Below are positions 50,897 through 64,000 of a DNA stretch of 64,000 bases, piece after piece. Source of the DNA: Heterodontus francisci (lineage: Eukaryota); NCBI RefSeq assembly GCF_036365525.1, contig NC_090405.1, positions 52,120,308-52,184,307 of the forward strand, in the 5' to 3' direction. Below the pieces are notes generated by a model. That model was not told the DNA's origin, ran no database searches, and saw only the letters and a program-made list of their open reading frames with translations. How positions within the stretch are numbered: position 1 is the first letter of the stretch; each line of letters starts with the position of its first letter. The position numbers were made by a program, and so were the translations under genes.

Positions 50897-51225
50897 TTTA
50901 GATTTAGAGATACAGCACTGAAACAGGCCCTTCAGCCTGTGCCGACCATCAACCACCCATTTATACTAATCCCATACTCCTACCACGTCCTCACCTGTCC
51001 CTATATTTCCCTACCACCTACCTATACTAGGGGCAATTTATAATGGCCAATTAACCTATCAACCTGCAAGTCTTTTGGCTTGTGGGAGGAAACCGGAGCA
51101 CCCGGAGGAAACCCACGCAGACACAGGGAGAACTTGCAAACTCCACACAGGCAGTACCCAGAATTGAACCCGGGTCCCCGGAGCTGTGAGGCTGCGGTGC
51201 TAACCACTGCGCCACTGTGCCGCCC
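50897..51225 (-). mobile_element. HE1-like V-SINE, near full length
   Basis: gggcggcacagtggcgcagtggttagcaccgc head and gctgtatctctaaa tail. Confidence 0.85.
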
Positions 51226-52537
51226 ACAGATCTTGTGCAGATGCTGTTCTCGCCAGCTCTGGATGTGCGGGCAGCACCCGCAGGTCACCTTTAAACACAC
51301 CGGCTTCTGGAAAACCGAAATAGAAACTGGAAACATTTCAGCATCCTTGCAGAGAGAAGCAAACCGTGAAACCTCAGCTCTGTTTACGTAAGAATTAGGA
51401 GCAGGAGCAGACTAATTCCAAAGGTGCACAACCCTCTGAGGTGAAGGAATTTCTCCTCATCTCAGTCACAAACAGCCGAGTCCTTATCCTGAGGCTGTGC
51501 CCCCCGTGTTCTAGATTCTCCAGCAGCGGAAATAACCACTTAATGTCCACCCTGTGAAAACCCTTCAGAATCTTTTGTGTTTCAATGAGATTAGCTCTCA
51601 TTTTCTAAACTCCAGAGAGTATACGGTCCACAAACACTGTCAGATCTGAGCATTTCCAGCATTTTCTGTTATTTCAGATATTCCAGCATCCGCAGTGTTT
51701 TTCTCCTGAACCCTTAATTCTGTTCCTCACTCCACAGATCTGCAAACCCCACTTTTGAGACCAAAGCAGCAAAGCACAGTGTGCACACGGTCTATGTTTA
51801 CCTTTAGTTTAAGTGTTTTGAATTTAAGCTCAAGAATTAAGCTTGGCGTTTATTTAAATGATTTAGAGACATCTGGGTACTTCAGTGGCTAGACGTTGTA
51901 CTAAGGCACAGAAATTATAAAGGTGCCAAGTCCCACTCTTTGAGCTGATTCAGCTGCGGTGGTGAGGGGGGCTGCAGTTGGCATCTTGAGATTGGCAAAT
52001 GAGTTTTTGATTTACCGTTGAGAAACGTTTGGATATTGTCAGGATTTGGAGAATGATGCTTAATATCGATTGATAAACACTAAATGAATGGAAGAATGGG
52101 AAACGGAGCAGATAACGGAGTCGGAATAAATTGCTCCAATAACATATACAGCCAACACCTGTAGGGACATTTCCAGAAGATCTCAATCTATGACTTGGTT
52201 GAAGTCGCTATCAGCGGAAAATACTTTGGAACATCACTGAGTCTGAGCGGGATTTTATGTAAAAACTGAAGAATGGGATCGTTATAAACTGTTTTATGTT
52301 TTCTGAATCGATGAATCACTCTTCCTATCTTTTACAGAACTTGGAAGGAAGTCTTATGTTCAACTTTGTTTTATAAATGTGACTGAACCATTTTGAAATT
52401 CATTAAATCATTGATTTCTGCTCTGTTTGTTACATTATGTTTGTGAAAAAGTGTACAAACCGGAAAGTTGGACGATTAGAAGAAATTTTCCCACACACTG
52501 GTGTTCAAATATGGAATCCATTCCACCGGTGGATATT

Positions 52538-52815
52538 GAAAGAAAGACTTGCATTTATATAGAGCCTTTCTACCACCTCAGGACATCTCGAAGCGCTTTA
52601 CAGCCAATGAAGTACTTTCGATGCTTGGGCACTGTTGTAAAGCTGCAGCCAATTTGCGCACAGCAAGCTCCCACAAACAACAATGTGACAATGACCAGAT
52701 CATCTGTTTTTGTGATGTTATTTGAGGGATAAACATTGGCCAGGACACCGGGGAGAACTCCCCTGCTCTTCTAATAGTAGTTGTGGAGTGCCTCGGTTTA
52801 ACATCTCATCTGAAA
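52538..52815 (-). mobile_element. Deu-domain SINE 3' part
   Basis: acttgcatttatatag...cagcaagctcccacaaaca. Confidence 0.65.
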
Positions 52816-53369
52816 GACCAATGAATCAACCACAACATTTCAGAGGAAACTGGATAAACACTTGAAAAATATTAAAGGGGAAAATTGCAGGGAATAGGCT
52901 GAACTGGGTGCCTCCAATTACACTTTTATGTATGACCACCTAAAATTTCTATGAAGTCTGTACTCTTAGAATTTGTTATTAAATGGCTAGAATTTATAAA
53001 ACAGTGGATGATATTTACTCAGGCCTAATAACACAAAAAACTTAACAACATGACCAGAGTGCAGAATCAAGGATTATGGTTGGCAATGGTTGAATGCAGC
53101 TACTGGTATGGTATGGGCTTTTACCACCTGCTGCTCATTAATTTTTCGGTGACACTTTTCCGAAACATTATGTGCCACCATATTTAGGTGGCTGAGCTGA
53201 TGCAATTTCCCATTAATTCTGCTGTGCCAACTGGATGTAGTTACAGGCTCTGGCTACTAGGTGGCTCTCTGAGCTCCACCCAGCCTTGTTACTATTTTGT
53301 TTCTTCTCGTAAACTTACCTATTTTAACTCTTTATTTTACTTTCGATTATTAAACATAATTATTTAAAC

Positions 53370-53860
53370 ATAATTGCTCTGGAGAGTATACAGAGGAGAT
53401 TTACAAGGATGTTGCCAGGGCTCGATAATTGCAGCTATGAGGAAAGACTGGATCGGCTAGGGTTGTTTTCATTAGAACAGAGGAGGCTGAGGGGTGACTT
53501 AATTGAGGTGTACAAAATCGTGAGAGGCCGAGATAGAGTAGACAAGAAGGACCTGTCTCCCCTAGCGGAGAGGTCAATTACCAGGGGGCACAGATTTAAG
53601 AAGGATTAGAGGGGACATGAGGAGAAACATTTTCACCCAGAGGGTGGTGGGTGTCTGGAATTCACTGCCAGGAATGGTGGTGGAGGCAGAAACCCTCAAC
53701 TCATTTAAAAGGTACCTGGACATGCATCTGAAGTGCTGTAACCTGCAAGGCTATGGACTAGGTGCTGGTAAATGGGATTAGATTGAGCGGCTATTTTTTA
53801 CGGCCGGCGCAGACACGACGGGCTGAATGGCCTCCTGTGCTGTAATTTTTCTATAGTTCT
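53370..53860 (+). mobile_element. CR1 LINE 3' end
   Basis: [36 protein letters not shown]. Confidence 0.85.
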
Positions 53861-54429
53861 AAACTGTTCCCTGTTCCACACCTGCCTCTCTCTGCCTTTC
53901 CCATGACTGGGCCACAGCCTTCCAACTTTTCATTCGAACTAAAAGCAAAATACTAAGGATGCTGGAAATTGAAGTAAAAGCAGAAAATGCTGGGTTCGCT
54001 CAGCAGGTCATCAGCAACTGTGGAGGGAGGACGAAGCTCAGTTAAAGATTCGGGTCCAAGGGCTTTTGTCGGTCCTGGTGAAAGGTCGTTGACCTGAAAT
54101 GTTAACCCTACCTTCCTCTCACCACAGACACTGTCTGACTTGCTGAGCATTTCCTTCCTCGCTTCATGATCGATCTTCACCCTTGGGTGGTTTTTTTCAG
54201 GCTTTCCCTGGTCTGTTCCAATGGCTTCTTGACCTCTCCTGCTGCAGTGACCTTTCCCTTCACCTGCTGCAGTGACCTTTCCCTTCACCTGCTGGCTCTC
54301 CTGTGCTGTTTCTCACCTGTAAAACTGCACTTCGGGTTCAAATATGGCAAAGGGTGGAAAAAAAAACACAAACTGCACCCATGATGCGGAGAAACTTTTT
54401 CCTGTCCCTCCCAACACAAACTAGATGCA

Positions 54430-54900
54430 GAAACGTTAAAAAACTTACAGCACAGAAAGAGGCCATTTGGCCCATCGTGTCTGTGTAGCGGAAGAAAAGC
54501 TTTCCAGCCTAATCCCACTTTCCAACTCTTGGTCCCTAACCTTGTAGGTTACAGCACTTCAAAATGCATATCCAAGTACGTATTTTATATGTGACCAGCA
54601 TTTCTACCTCACCCTCTTGGTGAAAAAAATTATCCTCAACTCCCCTCTAATCTTTTTGCCAATTACTTTAAATCCGTGCCCCTGGTTATTGGTCTGTCTG
54701 CTAAGGGAAACGGGTCCTTCCTATCCACTCTATCCAGGCCCCTCATAATTAAATGTAATCAATTAAATCTCCCCTTGGCCTCCTCTGTTCCAAGGAAGAC
54801 AATCCTATCCTTTCCAATCTTTCCTCATAGCTAAAATTCTCAATTTCTGTCAACATCTTTGTAAATCTCCTCTACACCCTCTCTGGTGCTATCACATCCT
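54430..54900 (-). mobile_element. CR1 LINE 3' end
   Basis: Reverse-complement similarity to 53370-53860. Confidence 0.75.
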
Positions 54901-54979
54901 TGCTGATGCTGACACTTATTGCCCATGCTACAATGATAGAGAGTTCCAGTGTTTTAAGCCCTGATTCAGGATGCTGTTC

Positions 54980-55270
54980 AAGTCCCCCCTGAGCTGTTGC
55001 TCCTGTAACTGCAGCAACAGGGGGCTCTGCCGAGCCACTTTCTGCTATCTCTCTCCGACTTCCGGGTAAGTTGTACTCAGGTTAGTAAAGTTTTCGAACT
55101 TGTTTTACTTTAAATTTTGAACTTTAAAAAAAAAAATACTTTTTCCTTCCACGTATCCCACTCCCGCTGGCCGGTCCGGACCCCTCTGTCCGGCTCCCTG
55201 CCTTGGAGATCGCCCCCGCAGCTGCTGGGGAAATACACAGGGAACTTGGCCCAGGGCGGAGCAGAGAGTC
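54980..55270 (+). promoter_or_regulatory. Putative CIB1 promoter and non-coding first exon (donor at 55065/55066)
   Basis: Small CpG-enriched non-repetitive patch. ETS-type ACTTCCGG at 55058-55065 is immediately followed by GTAAGT. The CIB1 ATG exon has an acceptor at 62163, so an upstream exon is plausible. Confidence 0.5.
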
Positions 55271-55614
55271 CGGGGTCAGAAACACACAGCAGCTCCGGAG
55301 ACAGGAGAAATATTACTTTACTCTTTGAATTGCCTGTCCCCGAACTCGGCTCTTTAAAGTTTGGAGGGGAGAGGAACAGCCTGAGACCGAGAGTAACCAG
55401 CAGAGAAACTTTGCTCAGAAACCCACAAAGAGAAATTCACCGTACATTTTGGAAGCCAGTGGCCGGATTCTTGTTCCAGATTCTGACCGCCCGGACAAGC
55501 CGGCATTTCCAGCTCAAACACCCAGGAGACATTAGCTGAGCGAGGCTGATTTCCCCTGCAACAGTGGAGGCTGTCTCTCAACTCTTCCCCTCCCTCTGTG
55601 TGTCCAGAGAGGAT

Positions 55615-57535
55615 CTGAAAATTTGTGTCAGAGCCCCTGCTATCTCCTCCCTTGCCTCACGTAGCAGCCTTGGATATATCTCATCTGGGCCTGGGGATTT
55701 ATCCACCTTTAAGCCTGCTAATACAGCTGATACTTCCTCCTTTTCAATGCTAATTTAATCAAGTATATCACAATCCCCCTCCCTGATCACTACATCTACA
55801 TCGTCCCTCTCCATAGTGAACACAGATGAAAAGTAATTGTTCAAAACCTCACCTATGTCCTCCGGCTCCACACACAGATTGCCTCTTTGATCCCTAATGG
55901 ACCCCACTTTTCCCCTGGTTATCCTCTTGCCCCTAACATACTAATATAACGCCTTAGGATTTTCCTTTATCTTGTCTGCCAGTGATTTTTCTTGACCCCT
56001 CTTCGCTCTCCTAATTACTTTTTTAAGTACTCCCCTACACTTCCTATACTCCTCTCGGGCCTCCGCTGTTTTCAGTACTCTGAATCTGCCATACGCCTCC
56101 TTTTTTTCCCTTATCCAATCCTTTATATCCCTTGACATCCAGGGTTCCCTTGACCTGTTGGTTCTACCCTTCACCTTTACAGGAATGTGCTGCACCTGAA
56201 CCCTCACAATTTCTCTTCTAAATGAATCCCACTGGTCTGATGTAGACTTTCCTATAAGAAGCTGCTCCCAGTTCACTTTGGCCAGATCCTGTTTTATCAT
56301 ATTGAAATCGGTCTTCCCCCAATTCAGTACTCTTATTTCTGGACCCTCTATGTCCTTTTCGATAACTACCTTAAATCTTACAGAGTTATGGTCACTATCC
56401 CTGAAATAGGCTCCCCCACTGACACTTCTACCACTTATCCGGCTTCATTCCCTTGGATTAAGTTCAGTACTGCTCCTCCTCTTGTAGGACTTTCTGTGTG
56501 CTGGCTCCAAAAGTTCTCCTGAATGCACTTGAAGAATTCCACCCCCTTTAAGCTTTTTGCACTAATACTATCTCCTCTAATATAGGGGAAGTTACTATTA
56601 TTACCCTATTATTATTGCACCTCTCTGAGATTTGCCTACATATCTGCTCCTCTATCTCTCCTTGACGGTTTGGAGGCCTCTAGTACACTCCCAGCAAAGT
56701 GACTGCCCCCTTTTTGTTTTTAAGTTCTACCCATATGGTCTCATTAGAGGAACCTTCTAAGACATCATCCCTCCTTACTGCAGTAATTGTCCCTTTAATC
56801 AACAGTGCAATGCCACCTCCTCTTTTACCCCATCCCCATCACATCTGAAGATTCTATACCCTGGGATATTAAGCTGCCAGTCCTGCCCTTCCCTCAACCA
56901 TGTCTCTGTGATAGCAATAATATCATATTTCCATGTGTTAATCAACGCCCTCAATTTATCTGCCTTACTAGTAAGACTCCTTGCATTAAAATAGATACAA
57001 TCCAGCCTTGCATTATTTGCCTGAGTCTTAACAGATCTACATTTACTCTGTCCTACGGACTGACTTAGCTTCACATTTATATTTGATTATACATCACCCC
57101 CTACTGTACCTCCACTCTGTATCCCATCCCCCTGCCAAATTAGTTTAAACCCTCCCACAACAGCACTAGCAAACCTCCCAGCAAGGATGCTGGTCACGTT
57201 CTGGAAGATTTCTTGTATCTTCCTCAGTGAAGACAGACACAAAGTAATCATTTAGCTTTTCTGCCATTTCTCTGTTCCCCATTATCGATTCTCCTGACTC
57301 TGCCTGTAATGGACTCACATTTTTCTTAGCCAAACGTTTCCTTTTTACATACCAATAGAAGCTTTTACAGTCTGTTTTTATGTTTTTTGCTAGTTTACAT
57401 TCATAGTCTATTCTCCCTTTCTTTATCAGTTTCTTGGTCCTCCTTTGCTGGATTCTAAAATCCTCCCAATCCTCAGGTTTACGACTATTGCTGGCAACTT
57501 TATAGGCCTTTTCTTTTAATCTTATACAATCCTTA
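55615..57535 (-). mobile_element. CR1 LINE internal fragments (APE endonuclease and tether region)
   Basis: CIYFNARSLTSKADKLRAL...DIIAITETWL and IKENPKALY in minus-strand ORFs. Confidence 0.85.
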
Positions 57536-60350
57536 GTGCAGAAGGGAAAGGTTTACATTCTTGGGCCATTGGGACAAGCAAAGGCTATCCTGAAAGAATT
57601 TTCACCTGAAGCAAAACTGCCAGCAAAATGTTCGCAAAGAGTCCAGCAATGGGGAAGGATATAAACTAACATGAATAGAGAGGAAAATCAGGAATTCTGA
57701 ACTGTTAAACAGAAGGCTCAAGAAAGAGAGAGATAATAGTAATGCATGGGGTCAAAATGGGGAGCAATTTAGTTTCCTTGTAGTCAGATGAGCCCAATAT
57801 TAAACTTTATATATTTAAATATATCTTCATTGGGTTAAAGCGTTACCAGCAGAATTCTTTAACGTGATATAATTTAAATAGATTTCTCCTTTGTGGATTA
57901 ACTTGGGGGATTATCTTATGTTTCGCCATCAGCATAACACTTGCTCTGAAGTGAATCTAATATTTATCGCACTTATCTTTTAGGTATAGTCAGTCACTGG
58001 TGGTTTATTTGACCTCTGTCAAAGTGTTGATTCTTGACATGTATTGGGTTACAACCTGTGCCTATGTGTTGTTATTCAGTACTTCATTCGTTTAGATATT
58101 TTATCTTCGCAGGATCGCCAGGTTAATGCAAAACTTTCTGGAAATATATCAAGGATTTATTTGGTGTTTAGTAGCAGTGAAGGATGGAGTTGAATCTAAC
58201 TGTGTTCCTATTCTCACTAAGCTGTCGCTAATGGCCCGTCTATTTTTATGGGACATTTAATTTTGTGACCATTTGGCTTGTTGTCAGTCAAAATATTCTA
58301 CTCCTGGTCTGCATTAGTTACAATCCTCTTTTAGGGAAATTATTTCCTTCAGCCAACACATCCTGGGAAACGTGGACATTCACAATGCCCCAAACACTCC
58401 TGTTCCTACTCTTGAGCTTTTGGTAATGTAACTCCTCCTTCTGGGAGGGGCAAGCTTCTCTCGTTGTTCCTGACTAGGACGATGATTCCAGCGTTAGGGA
58501 GAGACAATGTTCTCTACCGAGGGCTAGATTATTGTGCATTATTAACTTTCTCTGCTCTTGTGAGATTACTGACTGTGCCTGTCTTTTAGGATAATATTTC
58601 CTACATGGATATTTGAGAACAAAGACTAGCATGATCCGTTTCACTTGGATGTTTGGGGTATTTAAGGTCCTGTTTTCTCTTGGCTTTGACTGTAGACTTT
58701 AGTTCTTAAGACTTAACGATTTCCGAGCAATTTGCCTTTCAACTCGTGTCTGCAGCTTTGTCGCTGGGTGAGTTTTCTTCTTGTATTTTTAATTTCTGGA
58801 TCCCATAAACGAGTTCTGCTGAATTTTGACTTAAGGTTTTGTAACACCTGGGCACTTGTATTCCCCTTTGGGAAAATTGTTGCTTACTTTGCAAGGGTGC
58901 TTTTGTGCGAATTGTGGTTTAAATTTCATGTCTTTTTGTTGGGTTGTTGCCTCTTTCGGAGCTAGCTGCAGATTTAATTTCTTCTTTGTCCTCCTTTGAA
59001 GTTCTGCCCGAATGTCCTGAGTCTGTCTCCCTTTGGATAATTCCTACCTTGAAAGTTTCAGCCTGGGGAAGACAAGAGTTGGTAGCAGCAGAGCTCATCT
59101 AGACAACATCTTGCTGGCTCAATACAGCCTTTTAGTTGTTTGCTGTTGCACATCCATTAAACCTTTAGTGTACCTCGACAGTATTCCAATTTGCAATCTA
59201 ATCTTCCTGCCGTTCCGGCCTCTCCATTAACCATAGACATAGACGTTGGCTGTGTGTTTGCCTTTTAATTTTCTGAACTTAGTTCCTAGCTATAGGCAGT
59301 CACTCTCTCTAAATATAAAAAAAAATCAAACTATTGGGCTTGTGTCAGTTCCCAGTGAGAAGATATTTGAAATCTCTCAGCACTATGTGGTGTGGACAGT
59401 ACAAAACCCTTTTGTAGCTGAGGTCTTCTCCCTTCATTCAGTCTTAAAAACAGACTCAAGCTGATGCAAGTTACTGCGTTTTCCGTAGATTCACCTCAAT
59501 GCCTGCTATTGCTTTTTAAGGCTATTAACCCTTTGTTTCTTCAGTGTTGCTGATATTTATTTGTGAAGCTTCTAAAGCTATTTAACGTTGAGCACTTTAT
59601 TCAGCACCCAAATCATAAAGAAATAGCTCATACAACTATGTCCTCAAATCATATACCAAATCTTCATCCTCACTGAGGATTGAGTAGAACAAGAGGGATT
59701 TAAATTAGCGGAATCCTTCACACATATAAGATGATTTACACATGGGAGAGGGTTCCAGATAAGGTCGTGTGGGCAAAAGCCCTGGACTTATTTAAGGGAA
59801 TGATATAATACACAATTCTCTTGATCGATCAGCTAAATAGCTTAATGGTCTTCCATATCAATATCGATCTTGTCAGTGAAAACAATAAAGATCAAAACTC
59901 AATAAACTGTTGATCTCAGATTATATAAATTTGATCTGGGGTGATGCTTCACTGGCGATTGTAGCTAAACCAGGTTCTCTCCTCATTTGGTATCCTATAC
60001 ATGTACTTTACAGTAAATAGGAACAGGAATCTTGGCTGTTTCCCCCCACTCTACTTTGCTTGGGACACTGAAGCTAATTAAAGTAACATAACCTCAACTC
60101 TAGCTAAGATCAGCCACCTCAGCACAGTGCAAGGATTACGTTTCTCGGTCGGAAGAATTAGCATTAGAAGTGCAGAATTATATTGTCTTCTTTGTAACAA
60201 GATGCCAAACCATCACTAGTCTAATTTATAATGCATAAAGCATAATGGTCAGGAGTCAGAGCTTTAAATCATCAGTTCCCCCCTTAATTTCCAGTTAATG
60301 TTTTAATATGAAATATCAGGATGTCCTGAGGAGGGAATTGTCCCAAATTT

Positions 60351-61203
60351 GAGAATTGCTGAAAAAAAGAGACATGTTGTCGAAGCTTTTTGTCTTGCAC
60401 TCATCAGAACAATCCGCAAGAATAAACAATGTAGGGGAAAACAGCAACTTATACTGCACGAGAAGAGAGTGCTGATTGGTTGGCACGTGAACTGATTGGT
60501 GGAGGTGTTGCCATGGAGAATGCACCAGTTTATGGTGACTGACAGTTAATTGCCAAGTTTTGTTTGAAATTTAAACCAGGCAGCTTGACTCTGGTCGAGG
60601 CATTGCCCTGAGAAATGAACCAGCGAATGGCTGTCACTTATTTTGTTCAGCTGAAACAGGCGCAATGTTTGTACATGTTCTTTCCATCTGCAAAGAACAG
60701 GGCCCTGTGTATTAATATATGTAGCTTCCAGAACATGTAAATACGCCACACTGTGAGCCCTACTGACAATCTTAAATTGGTTGTCAGCGTAATTCTTAGC
60801 ATACTGCGGATTATTAATACACTGGGCCCTGTTCTTTGCAGACAGAAAGAACATGTACACACACTGTGCCTGTTTCAGCTGAATGAAATAAGTGACAGCC
60901 ATTCACTGGTTCATTCCTCAGGGCAATGCCTTGACCAATCAGAGTCAAGCTGCCTGGTTTAAATTTCAAACAAAGCTTGGCAGTTAACTGTCAGTTACCA
61001 TAAACTGGTGTATTCTCCATGGCAATGCCTCTACCAATCAGAGTTCACTTGCCAACCAATCAGCGCTCTCTTCTCATACAGTATAAGTTGTTGTTTTCCC
61101 TTACATTGATTATTCTTGCGGATTGTTCTGATGAGTGCAAGACAAAAAGCTTCGACAACATGTCTCTATTTTCAGCAATTCTCAAGTTCTGTGCTACCAA
61201 ATT
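60351..61203. mobile_element. Penelope-like element fragment arranged as a long inverted repeat
   Basis: Arms 60349-60717 and 60812-61185. GIY-YIG C-terminal-like remnant NQFKIVSRAHSVAYLHVLEATYINTQGPVLCR. Flanking 13-bp direct repeat ttgtcccaaattt (60338-60350, 61204-61216). Confidence 0.8.
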
Positions 61204-62201
61204 TTGTCCCAAATTTCTTTGTGCAAAGGTAATTTGCTTACACAAAAACAGATCTGTTCTGCCGCAAAATTTGATCACAACCTCCCTGAGGTTCACCATT
61301 TCAAATTCCCCTCAATTACTGCTGTTTTTTCTGTTGCCTGCAAGACCATGGTTAATGTAGGGTTCAGGAACAGTATCTCATCTGCCTTTTGGGTACTCCT
61401 ATACCTGTCCGCTCTGCCCACTGACTTCAGCAACTTCAGACTGTGGCTATCCCTCTCACTTTCATGCCTCTTTCTGTTTAATCTCCTTCCAATTTGGAGG
61501 GTTTCTGTTGTCTTTTCATGATCTTACTTAGATATGCCACACCTTTGAATACAATCTAGGATGAGGTTTTAGTCCCTTGGCTGGGAAATTAAAATGAAGC
61601 AGGTGAACATCAAATATTAGATGGCCTTACCCTAAAGAAGAGCAAGGAGTCTCCCAGGACTCCGGGGCCAACATTGTTCTCAATTAAATCTACCAGAAAC
61701 CGATTAACTGATCATTCAGCTCTCTGTTTGTGGGATCTTGCTTATTTGTCCACATAGCAATAGTATCTACATCATTTAACTCAGCGTGTGTAGCATTTTG
61801 GGAGAACTTTTGTGAAAGGTGGTAATAAATGTGTTAGTTAGATGCCTTTTCATTTCATTAGGTCATCCTTTTATATTATCCACCAGTTTTCACCTCTTCA
61901 AAAATTTGTTTGCAGTTCATTAAACCCAGTAAATGCCTGTGACTAAAGTCAGCATTACAGTTCCACTTCAACCCATTGTTAGTCTCCTTCCTCTCTCCCC
62001 TCCATAAAGGGACTCGCCCATTTTTGAATTTCCAGTTCTGAAGAAAGATCTTCACACATGTTAACCTGTCCATTTTCCTTTCAGGTCCAGATTTAATTAA
62101 ATTAAAATAGTTGCACAAGGGTTCAGAGAGACTGCTGGCACTACAGCGGGTGTTTGTTCCCAGAGGATCCAGAAATCAAAGTTTGGAGTCAAATTGGGAA
62201 C

Positions 62202-62252
62202 ATGGGGGGATCGGCCAGCCACCTCTCAAAGGAGCAACTTTCTGAATATCAG
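62202..62252 (+). CDS. CIB1: Calcium and integrin-binding protein 1, first coding exon (MGGSASHLSKEQLSEYQ)
   Basis: Matches human CIB1 MGGSGSRLSKELLAEYQ, including the myristoylation Gly2. 51 nt ending CAG|gtgaga. Upstream acceptor gttcccag| at 62163. Confidence 0.9.
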
Positions 62253-63139
62253 GTGAGAAAGTAAAATTTAACTTTAAAAAAAAACGCTTCTTGGGCAAGC
62301 TTATCCTCAATCAGAGCCTGGCAAAAATTTGGATTAAACTGTAATTTCAAGTATTAAGTCCAAAGTATTTCATTGCAATTGGAATAATCACTAAGTTGGT
62401 CTGGGTGGCAGTTGATAGTCGCAGTAAGGGATCAAAGTTTTATAAACCCATTTGAGATGGCCATTTTGGTTTTCATTACTACTGTCTTAGCCAAGAGAAT
62501 GAGGCTTTGCAGCAACAATATTCGTAAGACAGGCAGAGGAAAGATTATCAGGAGCAAAAAATAACTGGAAGATGAATAGAAATTATCAGGATGTCTCAAA
62601 GTGCTTCCCATCATATTCATGACTTGTTGAAGTGAAGTCCCTGGTGTAAATACAACAGCCAATTGCACATGGTAAGATTTCACAATTAGCAAACCAGAAA
62701 AATAATCAGTTTACCTAGTTTTGACTCTGCTCTCCTCGATTAACAATGTTGACTAGGGCACCAGAGCTCCCTACTTTGCTTCAGATCTATCCAAACAAAG
62801 TGACAATTTAATGTGTTGCCTGACAGTCGGCATCTCTTGGCAATGCAGCTCCTTTTATGCTGCACAGAAAGTTCAGCCTTGGAATGGGGCTTGATTCCAA
62901 AGGTGAGAGGTCAACTGAACAAAACTGATAATTAATTGAATTGTGATCGTAAGAAGCAGGAAGGGTGTACAAGGCTTTATTTCCTCCCCATTGCAGTGAA
63001 GACCAGGAACCTTCATCCTTGATCAGTATTTGGGTCATAAATAGTTTGACTGCCTGAGTGTACTTTGAGTTAACCACTGTTACAGTCTGTGGCAGAAATG
63101 CTCATCACTGAAATGTGTTTTTTATCCTTTTTGTTTTAG

Positions 63140-63174
63140 GAACTGACGTTTTTAACAAAGCAAGACATTCTGCA
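63140..63174 (+). CDS. CIB1: CIB1 second coding exon (ELTFLTKQDIL); gene continues beyond the window
   Basis: ttgttttag| 35 nt |gtaagt. Matches human DLTFLTKQEIL. Confidence 0.9.
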
Positions 63175-64000
63175 GTAAGTAGGGGATTTTATATTTTATT
63201 TTTTGTTGTTTGTGGAGAATATTGAAATCATTCATCAATTCACCACAGTGGGATCTGACAACTCAGAAACTGCTGGAAGGCTGTGATACAGGCTTAGTGA
63301 CTAAATGCACTTCTGGGTAGCAATGGCTCTTCTGGACCAGCAATAGCAATGATTCAATCCTTGAATTATGCTGATCTCAGCAAGACATTGGCTGCTTTGT
63401 TCCCATGATAAGGAGGGAGAAACATCAGTAAAGGTTTTTGCTCCTCTTTGCTATACACTGTAATGGGCTTAGTGTGAGGCCTCCACAGTCAGATAGCCAT
63501 CAACACTCACTGTCTAGACTCACACAAGAGAGGGGTAAGAGATACAATCTGGTACTTGTGAAACTGTACCCCCGCAAGGAGTCTTTGGAACTCTCTTCCT
63601 CAAACAGTGATGGATACATAGTTTTTGAATATTTTAAAGACCGAGTTAGGTAGATTCTTGATAAGCAAGGGTGTGAAAGGTTATCGGGGGTAGGCGGGAA
63701 TGTGGAGTTGAAGTTACAATCAGATCAGCCATGATCTCATTGAATGGCAGAGTGGGGCCGAGTGGCCTACTCCTGCTCATAATTTGTATGTTCATATGAG
63801 TTAGCACTACAAAGGGGCGCGATGGATGATAAAATCAGCTGCTTGTAATGATGGTGATATTTAATGATAGGTTTGAATAATTTCCTTGTCGTCTTCAGCT
63901 ATTTCAACTGAATCAATGCACACTCCAGTGTACAGGAATGCTGAGGAATAACTGGCTCTTTGCCTTGCATTAAATTGCATTGTAATCACTTCCAGTTAAA

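Noticed and set aside
51150-51225. tRNA-like sequence with A/B boxes
   Set aside because: Head of an HE1-like SINE that continues into SINE body and tail, not a stand-alone tRNA gene. The same applies at 29479, 28033 and 25914.
54238-54294. 25-bp tandem duplication
   Set aside because: An ordinary two-copy slippage duplication with no other supporting signal.

Overview
Eukaryotic (vertebrate) genomic DNA, most likely a shark or ray, judged from HE1-like V-SINEs, Deu-domain SINEs and abundant CR1, RTE and Penelope repeats. Three genes are present. (1) A spliced tubulin polyglutamylase gene on the minus strand, TTLL13 (TTLL6-like). I traced 15 phase-compatible GT-AG exons from 47962 to 2589, giving about 886 aa. 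(2) GDPGP1, a single coding exon inside a CpG island on the plus strand (49503-50639). (3) The first two coding exons of CIB1 on the plus strand (62202-62252, 63140-63174). A CCAAT-rich promoter with an RFX X-box lies between TTLL13 and GDPGP1. Most of the rest is transposon-derived. Notable structures: a near-intact RTE LINE flanked by a perfect 46-bp direct repeat; a full-length decayed Gypsy element inserted into a minisatellite and itself interrupted by a CR1; an ~840-bp Penelope-derived palindrome with a minimal hammerhead-like motif in each arm; and an inverted SINE pair around a TTLL13 exon. I see no clear evidence of a wholly new biological system. The findings are candidates for follow-up. 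Repeat family names come from pattern recognition, not a database search, and boundaries of decayed repeats are approximate.
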